DNA of 64,000 nucleotides, taken from Treponemataceae bacterium. Its GTDB lineage: Bacteria > Spirochaetota > Spirochaetia > Treponematales > Rectinemataceae. The DNA lies in the NCBI GenBank assembly GCA_963678065.2, contig CAXXVZ010000005.1:800001-864000 (forward strand). The letters are read 5' to 3'. The notes below the pieces were generated by a model. It was not told the origin of the DNA and searched no databases. It saw only the letters and a list, made by a program, of their open reading frames with translations. Each line of letters starts with the position of its first letter. Position 1 is the stretch's first letter. Below are positions 57,456-64,000 of this stretch, in pieces. The translations under genes and the position numbers were made by a program.

Positions 57456-58247
57456 TCAAACTTCCCAACATTTATCCACAATTTCTTTATCCCAAATCTT
57501 TAGCTTTTCTCCAAATAATGATAATAAACAGTGAAAAAATGTAGAAGCATTGCTGAATACATTCCCAATATCGAATTCATCTGTTTGAAGTGTCCATATC
57601 ATTGATTCTTGATTGATTCTCAAAAACCTGTCAATTTCTTCAATATCACCATGAACAAATGATGATAAAAAGGTATAAAAATAGTCATATGATTCAAGAT
57701 GATCTACATTTTCCGCCATTTCTCTGATACTTTTACCAGACCAATTAGAAAATTCTATATTTTTACCTTTTCTAGTTTTTCTAGAATAATTTCCAATTAC
57801 TTCTTCATATTCCCTGTCTATTGTCTCTTTTTCATCATCCCAACAGTCATCCCATTCCATATTTAATGCATATTTCCAGTCTTCCTTTTTAGTATTTAGA
57901 TGTTTTTTACATACCTCCATTCGATTTTTTTTTATGACCTTTTTATAGAAAATATATTGCCTAGATCGTTCTGTAGGCCTTTCAGAAATATAATGGGCAT
58001 TTATGTCAATTTCCAGCATTGATCTGCACATAACATATCCGACTGTTGACGGATAATATTGTGGGTTTACACTATCGTAAAGCCTTATTAATGAATTTGA
58101 TATTGATAATTCCTGCAATAAAAAGCAAATCATTATTGATTTATATGAAATGTTCTCAGTTTCAATACGCTTTATATCAACATTTTTACCAATTTTTATA
58201 AGATTTTTTAAGACAGAAATATGTTGTTCAAATGTAAGTGCTTTCAT
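57456..58247 (-). CDS. DUF5677-like (HEPN-related) hypothetical protein
   Basis: CRSMLE, WSGKSIREMA and Y..LSSFVHG motifs. Confidence 0.7.
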   Translation of the reverse strand: MKALTFEQHISVLKNLIKIGKNVDIKRIETENISYKSIMICFLLQELSISNSLIRLYDSVNPQYYPSTVGYVMCRSMLEIDINAHYISERPTERSRQYIFYKKVIKKNRMEVCKKHLNTKKEDWKYALNMEWDDCWDDEKETIDREYEEVIGNYSRKTRKGKNIEFSNWSGKSIREMAENVDHLESYDYFYTFLSSFVHGDIEEIDRFLRINQESMIWTLQTDEFDIGNVFSNASTFFHCLLSLFGEKLKIWDKEIVDKCWEV

Positions 58248-58432
58248 GTTTTTCCTAATTGTATGTTTGGCAAACAAGATAAAGCTAAAAAAATAATTGC
58301 GCCTAACGTTCTGCCTGTTTGCGACGATGGCGTGAGCATCGGCGAACGCCATTGTGCCTGAGCGGAATGAGCGTATGCGAGTGTAGCGATGGCCGAAGAG
58401 GGAGCTTGCGACCAATGAGCGTGAACAGCGCT

Positions 58433-58565
58433 GTTAGTTGCAGTCGTGACCTTCGAGCGCGCTTGGATGGGGAGACTTGTCTCCCCATCCAATACTATAT
58501 CTTGCGCGCGTTCTTCTCTTCCTCTTCTCTTAACCCTTATTTTTTCTTTCACGATTGCAACTAAC
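58433..58565. repeat. Mini-cassette family A
   Basis: Near-identical to the other copies. Confidence 0.92.
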
Positions 58566-58778
58566 GTTTTGTGCCTCTGACGTTTCGGACCGCATCGGCG
58601 GGCCGAAATGTGCCTGAGTGGAGTGAGCGTATGCGAGCGGAACGATGGCCGAAGAGCCCTGAAAGGGCGATGAGCAGGGGCACGGTGTTAGCTGCAGTGC
58701 AAATTGCCTTCAGGAAGACGGAGTTTCACAGGTTGAAAGTTCGATGTTAATCCATAGTTCTTTATTTATTCAAATCTA

Positions 58779-59462
58779 CTACTTTATAAACAGGATACTT
58801 CTGTAATCACTATTATGCGATGTACTTCGATGTATTAAGACACTACTATTTTTAATCTCAATACTATGTCCGGCTTTACCGAGAAAACCGTTCATTATTT
58901 TTAATATTTTATCATTATTCGTACAAATTTGAAAGCCGCTCTTTTCAATACACTTTATTACATTTACTAAAGAAGGATCTACTTCAATAACCCATCTATT
59001 TTTTTTGCTTGCAGTAAGCAAGATAAGCATTCGTGTTAGCAGGCTTTGCTTACTAAGAATGAATTTTTTGCTAATGCCGCCCTCTAGAATTTTTGACCAA
59101 AACTCTCCATCAATCTCAATGTAATCGCTGAAAATATTATATCCGCACATGCGCGATAATAAATAGTATATTTGGATACGCTTCATAGGAATATCATAGT
59201 AAGGGTTATTACAGGACTGAACCCATTCATCTATAGGTACAGTTGTGCCGTATTTGCCATATATTTCAAGATACATGCTATATATATGCATTCTTTCATT
59301 TTTTGATAACTGGCCAAAGCAAATAATACGCGAGCTTTCTATTATCGATCTTTTCATAACTGGCTGTAATAATATATTTATCATTTGTTGTAGTAGGAAA
59401 ACAAAAAATATGCAAGAGAATTCGCCACTAATATTATTAGGTAAAACATTAAGTTGTGCCAT
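58779..59462 (-). CDS. Hypothetical protein, weak GNAT-like features; start uncertain
   Basis: Second gene of a two-gene cassette; C-terminal IEKSGF. Confidence 0.55.
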   Translation of the reverse strand: MAQLNVLPNNISGEFSCIFFVFLLQQMINILLQPVMKRSIIESSRIICFGQLSKNERMHIYSMYLEIYGKYGTTVPIDEWVQSCNNPYYDIPMKRIQIYYLLSRMCGYNIFSDYIEIDGEFWSKILEGGISKKFILSKQSLLTRMLILLTASKKNRWVIEVDPSLVNVIKCIEKSGFQICTNNDKILKIMNGFLGKAGHSIEIKNSSVLIHRSTSHNSDYRSILFIK

Positions 59463-59845
59463 CTATCTTTTTTGAAAATCAGTCTTAATATTTTTCTTAT
59501 AGAAGGTGCCCTAATAACGTGTCCCAAACCAAACTCGTATGGGTATACTGCATTAACGTTTCCTTTTATCGAGTTTTGTATCATATCTTCTAGTTTATAC
59601 GTTCTCATAATTGCATCTTCCTGGAAGCATTTCCAAGAGTATTCCAAAAAAATGAAACAGAAGATGAGAAAGTAATTGGTTAACAAAATAGTTGCCTTGT
59701 TCTCTGAAACAGCATATGCAATGATCGCAGATGATGTAGCCACTGCTAGGTTCCTAATAGAAAAAATGTACTGATCCATTCGAGAAATGAAGTCTTGAGT
59801 AGAATGATAATCCTCAAAGGCTATGTCTAGGGTATCCATATTCAA
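59381..59845 (-). CDS. Hypothetical 3-TM membrane protein
   Basis: GGAGG RBS upstream; hydrophobic segments. Confidence 0.7.
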   Translation of the reverse strand: MNMDTLDIAFEDYHSTQDFISRMDQYIFSIRNLAVATSSAIIAYAVSENKATILLTNYFLIFCFIFLEYSWKCFQEDAIMRTYKLEDMIQNSIKGNVNAVYPYEFGLGHVIRAPSIRKILRLIFKKDRWHNLMFYLIILVANSLAYFLFSYYNK

Positions 59846-60201
59846 AGTAGTAACCTCCTAAATGTGGGGTTTATTAGAATTAACATTGATTTATTACTTC
59901 GGTACATTCCCTATATTTCGTCCAAAAACAAACGTCAGCTGCTGTTATCAATTTTTCGGAGCAATTTGCATTGCAGCTAACGTTCGCCTGCCTACGACGT
60001 TGTGGCGAGCATCGGCGAGCCACAATGTGCCTGAGCGGAACGAGCGCATGCGAGTGCAGCGATGGCCGAAGAAGGAGCCGCAGGCGACTGATGAGCGTGG
60101 GCAGCGCTGTTAGGCGACGTTGTTCTGGGCGCTCTCCCTACCCTTTCGTTTGTATCGTCCTCGTCACGATGGCGAGGATGTTCAGTATTTATACAGTTCC
60201 T

Positions 60202-60774
60202 TTAGTTTACTCGATATTCCCTACCCGAACTCCATCCCTGTCCTAGTTCCTTTCCAACTTCACAATACCTATTTTCTAAACCTAAAAAACACAGCGGATT
60301 CATTTTTCTACTATCGATCCTTTTATCATCAGATACATACTCCTCATTAATATATACTTGAACAACTTCTCCAAAATAAACCCTATCCATAGCAAATTCC
60401 ACTACTTTATCTATGAACCTACATTCACATGTAATCGGAAATTCCTGAATCATTGGAGCCGTTCCTAATTCCCCATAAAATGAAGTAAATATTTTTGATT
60501 TACTGGTTTTCCTTCCACTCACAAGACCACAAAAATCTGTTTCGACAACATACTCCGCTGATGGAAAATTGATACTGAATGTTTTGTTTTCAATAATTCC
60601 CTCAGAAGTATAGTGATTTCTATTTATACTTATATAGACAATAGCTGGATTACTATTCACTCCATTCGTAAATCCTATCGTTGCATAATTAGGCTCATTT
60701 TCGATGTTTGTACCAACGAGTGCTATAGGAGCAATTGGAAAAGGAATAAACGCTCCAGTCTTAATCTTATTCAT
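60202..60774 (-). CDS. Flavin reductase family protein
   Basis: P.ALVG, FSINFP, DFCGLVSGR and APMIQE.P...EC motifs. Confidence 0.9.
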   Translation of the reverse strand: MNKIKTGAFIPFPIAPIALVGTNIENEPNYATIGFTNGVNSNPAIVYISINRNHYTSEGIIENKTFSINFPSAEYVVETDFCGLVSGRKTSKSKIFTSFYGELGTAPMIQEFPITCECRFIDKVVEFAMDRVYFGEVVQVYINEEYVSDDKRIDSRKMNPLCFLGLENRYCEVGKELGQGWSSGREYRVN

Positions 60775-61236
60775 TGAAGTACTCTCCTTGCAGTGTTTGC
60801 GGATCATGAACTGCTAATGAGATACTTCAGTATACTAAAACATTTGTCAAACCTTTTTTTAAACTTATTCTATTTCATTATCCTCAATAGATTAGAATGA
60901 TTCGTATACAACTCGAATTGTGGTATGCAGCCCGCTAGGACGGCTGGCTGTTGCAAAGACTGCGCCCAGAATAATGTCGCCTAACGTTCGCCTGCCTACG
61001 ACGTTGTGGCGAGCATCGGCGAGCCACAATGTGCCTGAGTGGAACGAGCGCATGCGAGTGTAGCGATGGCCGAAGAAGGAGCCAAAGGCGACTGATGAGC
61101 GTGGGCAGTGCTGTTAGGCGAAGTATGGATTCCCTTTTTTGCATCTTTCTCCGCGCCGAACGCCCGGAGGGCGAGGTGCGGAGATGCCCTTATACTATTA
61201 CCCGATAGACTAAAGAACATTAAGTAATTTTTCAGT

Positions 61237-62970
61237 TCACGTATTTACCAAATATCCCTTTCTTACACATTCATCTATTAAATACTTGAAAAAGTCCCAT
61301 ATTTCTTCTGAACCTTCTGCTATATGTTTATTCTTTTCTAGAATCATACTCTTCGTAATTCCATTTTTCTTCCAAGTATATCCTTCGGTTTTATAGTTCT
61401 GTAATACTGGTTCCAGTCTATCAAATACCGCTGCGTATTTAGATTCATTCGTTTTTCGTTTCTCAAATTCATTCCACAATTCATATAATTCTTTTGTTTG
61501 ATCCTCTGGAAGTATTCCAAAGATTCGTTTTGCAGCGAGTTCTTCTCTTGCATGTGCTGAATCACGTTCGTGTGAATATAAGAATGTATCCCCAGCATCA
61601 ATTTCTACAATGTCATGAACTAGTGTTCCGTCTTTTACAGATTGCCTAATAGCCCTTGGCAGTTGCAATGCTCGAAGAAATTTGTTCAGCAGATTTTACC
61701 CATTTGAATTTACGACCTGATGTATTCCAGCCTTTGATGAAATCGTCTATCGCCTTTTCAAGTTCATCAACACTGGTCCAACTATCGCGCCGAATTCGCT
61801 TAGTGGTGATTTCTCCAAACCAGCGTTCAACAAGATTCAGCCATGAAGAATGTGTCGGTATGAAGTGCTCAACAAATCGACCATTCATCGAATCCAGATA
61901 TTTCCTGACCTCTTGAGTTTTATGTGCAGAATAATTATCCGCAACGATATGAAGCGTCTTTCCCTTAGGGCTCTTGCGATTGACCATCTTCAAGAAAGAA
62001 ATATAGTCAGCTGCCTTGTGTTGTTCCTTGCAGTCGCCGATTACTTTCCCGCTCACGACATTTAATGCTGCAAAAAGCGTTGTTGTACCATGGCGATAGT
62101 AGTCGTGAGATTGACGTTCAGGAACACCGGGAAGCAACGGTAGAATCGGCTGCGATCGCTCTACGGCTTGAATCTGTGATTTCTCGTCCACACAAAGAAC
62201 TATCGAGTTCTCGGGAGGATTGAGATACAAGCCGACGACATCTTCCAGCTTCTTTTCAAAATCAGGATCGGTGCTGAATTGAAAATGCTTCACCAGATGG
62301 GGCTTTAGTCCTCGTTCGCGAAGAATGGTATTCACCGAGGAATGCCCTATGCCAAGTTTTTTTGCCAACTCTCTCGTACTCCAATGCGTTCCCTGTTCAG
62401 GTTTTTCATTGCAGACAAGCGTACAAAGCTCATTCTTTACTTCGATTGGAATTGGCTGTTTCCCTGGTTTTCTTGTTTTGTCAGTGAGTAAGGACTTTAA
62501 TCCGCCCTCATTGTACCGGTGGACATACCGGCTCACCGTGACATTATTAATCCCAAGAAACGCTGCTGTGTCGTTCGTTGATCGGTTATGGGCTCTGCTT
62601 AGGACGGTTTGAAGACGTACAGCATATTTGTGCTGAATATCCCCGATAGCTAAAATCTTTTCCATAAGGATAACGTCTTCTTTGGTCGTGTTCGGTTTTA
62701 CTTCTTTCGCCATGTGGTAAGTATAGCATACTTTTATTAGGTTGTCTGTATTGGACAGTACACTAGTAGCATTACTATCACTTTTTCTATGTTTATGGTT
62801 GTATTTGAGTATTCTTTTAGTAGAATAGCCATTATGCAGATTGTCCAAGAGTGCTCAGCATCATTTTCAAATCGAGAAGAATCAAAGAGTTTTGATTTTC
62901 TAATTATGCTTTTGACCTTATCTACTTCGAATATGAAATTGAGTTGTGTTTCAAATCTATTTCTGTCCAT
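61237..62970 (-). pseudogene. HD-domain hydrolase interrupted by IS630
   Basis: ENDAEHSW...MLLV/HDIVEIDAGD rejoin in frame once the IS is removed. Confidence 0.9.
61623..62763 (-). mobile_element. IS630-family IS; transposase ends at 61646
   Basis: VDEKSQIQA, DNYSAHK and SWLNLVERWF motifs; ~26-bp TIR; TA duplication at a CTAG site. Confidence 0.93.
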
Positions 62971-63244
62971 ATATTCCCCAAATCACAAATATCCTATCTA
63001 TTTTTTATTTTCTACATATGCGCGAGCCCGACGGCCGGAGGCCCGGGCGAGCTCTACTACAAACAGATGCAGGGAATCCATATTTCGCCTAACGTTCGCC
63101 TGCCTACGACGTTGTGGCGAGCATCGGCGAGCCACAATGTGCCTGAGCGGAATGAGCGACAGCGAGTGGAGCGATGGCCGAAGAAGGAGCCGAAGGCGAC
63201 TGATGAGCGCGGGCAGTGCTGTTAGCTGATGTGTCTGCGCGATC

Positions 63245-63637
63245 TTACTCTATCCAATTCTCTATTCTTAACTCTTTTATCTCTTTATAATGTTTCATAT
63301 TCCCTGTAATTAATCGATTGCATTCGACTAATGCACATGCTGCCACAAATATATCTGCATCTTCTTGTCGTTTACCTTTTAACTCCAATTTCCCTTTCAG
63401 TTCCCCAAACTTTTTACATATCCTCATATCTGATTCGATGATATTTACACTTAATAAAAACTTTTCCACCACTATTTTCATCTGTTCTTGTAGTTTCGAT
63501 TTTTCTGCACCATAATACAATTCTGCAACTGTTATAAACGATACTGCGACAGCATCATTGACTACTTTCCGATGTTCAAGAACTTTTTCATTCCCATGCA
63601 ACAATTCCACACAAACATCGGTATCTAAAAGAATCAT
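63245..63637 (-). CDS. vapC: VapC/FitB PIN toxin
   Basis: ILLDTD, AELYYGA, D.FVAA.A and ITGN..HY motifs. Confidence 0.92.
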   Translation of the reverse strand: MILLDTDVCVELLHGNEKVLEHRKVVNDAVAVSFITVAELYYGAEKSKLQEQMKIVVEKFLLSVNIIESDMRICKKFGELKGKLELKGKRQEDADIFVAACALVECNRLITGNMKHYKEIKELRIENWIE

Positions 63638-63912
63638 AGATCAACCTTTCTTCCCTTAGTACGACGTGTATAGATATCAGTTATTATTTCATCTGAACTC
63701 CGTCCATCGTTCCATTTTCCACAGACATCATTCCAGATACTCAGTTGCAGTTCTTTATCGTATATCATCATAGGCTTTTGATCATAGCATTTCAGGCCAT
63801 TTTCCAGGATCATGAGAATCTCATTATTTAAGCTTCGGCGTTCTACTTCAGAGAGGACTCTGATCTTATCAAGAATCATATCGGGAATATTTCGTACTGT
63901 TAAGCTTGCCAT
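63634..63912 (-). CDS. FitA-like RHH/Arc antitoxin
   Basis: MASLTVRNIPD....RRSLNNEIL.IL motif. Confidence 0.88.
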   Translation of the reverse strand: MASLTVRNIPDMILDKIRVLSEVERRSLNNEILMILENGLKCYDQKPMMIYDKELQLSIWNDVCGKWNDGRSSDEIITDIYTRRTKGRKVDL

Positions 63913-63932
63913 ATAATAACCACCATAGTTTT

Positions 63933-63961
63933 ATTATAGTTCCAGGGTATCTGATTGTCAA
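63933..63961 (-). promoter_or_regulatory. Consensus sigma70 promoter of the fitAB-like cassette
   Basis: TTGACA-17-TATAAT. Confidence 0.85.
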
Positions 63962-64000
63962 GATTCTTCGCGCAGACATTTCAGCTAACGTTTTGCCTGT

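Larger units (their letters stand above)
528..63989 (-). repeat. attC: attC recombination sites (family of about 130-145 bp imperfect inverted repeats)
   Basis: Approximate starts: 528, 1512, 2371, 4462, 4720, 4980, 5913, 6726, 11481, 12450, 13260, 13518, 14258, 14515, 14770, 15030, 15287, 16248, 16504, 16769, 17595, 19710, 20544, 20801, 21434, 22291, 22549, 22807, 26150, 28717, 31128, 32140, 32397, 32656, 33831, 34088, 34346, 34602, 35342, 40047, 41118, 41383, 42135, 43176, 44018, 44888, 46020, 47053, 48397, 49230, 51485, 51742, 52610, 53755, 54676, 55634, 55896, 57259, 58301, 58559, 59975, 60979, 63087, 63983. The inner (L) stem covaries, e.g. ctgcctacg/cgtgggcag, ctgtttgcg/cgtgaacag, gtgcctctg/caggggcac. 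Confidence 0.95.
528..64000 (-). mobile_element. Sedentary integron gene-cassette array (63 cassettes between 64 attC sites; no integrase in window)
   Basis: Repeats bounded by RYYTAAC...GTTRRRY alternate with unrelated 1-2 gene units. The two R boxes flanking each cassette are reverse complements in 61 of 63 cases. Duplicated cassettes keep the attC on their left (+ coordinates), i.e. downstream of minus-strand genes, as in canonical cassettes. Confidence 0.97.

Noticed and set aside
528..63989. attC sites inverted relative to their genes
   Set aside because: Duplicate cassettes carry the attC downstream of the minus-strand gene, and G-T wobbles favour the bottom strand, both as in canonical cassettes. 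Orientation relative to intI cannot be judged here.
1..64000. Integron integrase, attI or a reverse transcriptase
   Set aside because: No tyrosine-recombinase or RT motifs appear in any ORF; they may lie outside the window.

Overview
The whole 64 kb window is an internal part of a very large sedentary chromosomal integron (superintegron) cassette array. No intI or attI lies in the window; cassette polarity predicts them beyond the right end. I count 64 related attC sites of about 130-145 bp (one cut by the window edge, two split by IS21) separating 63 cassettes, almost all coding on the minus strand. Cargo includes 11 toxin-antitoxin pairs, many GNATs, ClbS/DfsB-like, AlkZ/YcaQ-like, pentapeptide, DinB, HNH and restriction-like nucleases, and orphan genes. 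About 27% of the window is insertion sequence (11 IS copies from 6 families plus a MITE). The most unusual signal is that 21 of 63 cassettes are ~135-bp gene-less mini-cassettes. They fall in three sequence families sharing one covarying fold, one family has 18 copies, and there is junction evidence for a trimeric circle. In addition, nearly every cassette carries a cassette-specific ~20-bp terminal inverted repeat extending well beyond the 7-bp R box. A spirochaete host is only a weak guess. Protein family calls come from motif recognition by eye, not from database searches.
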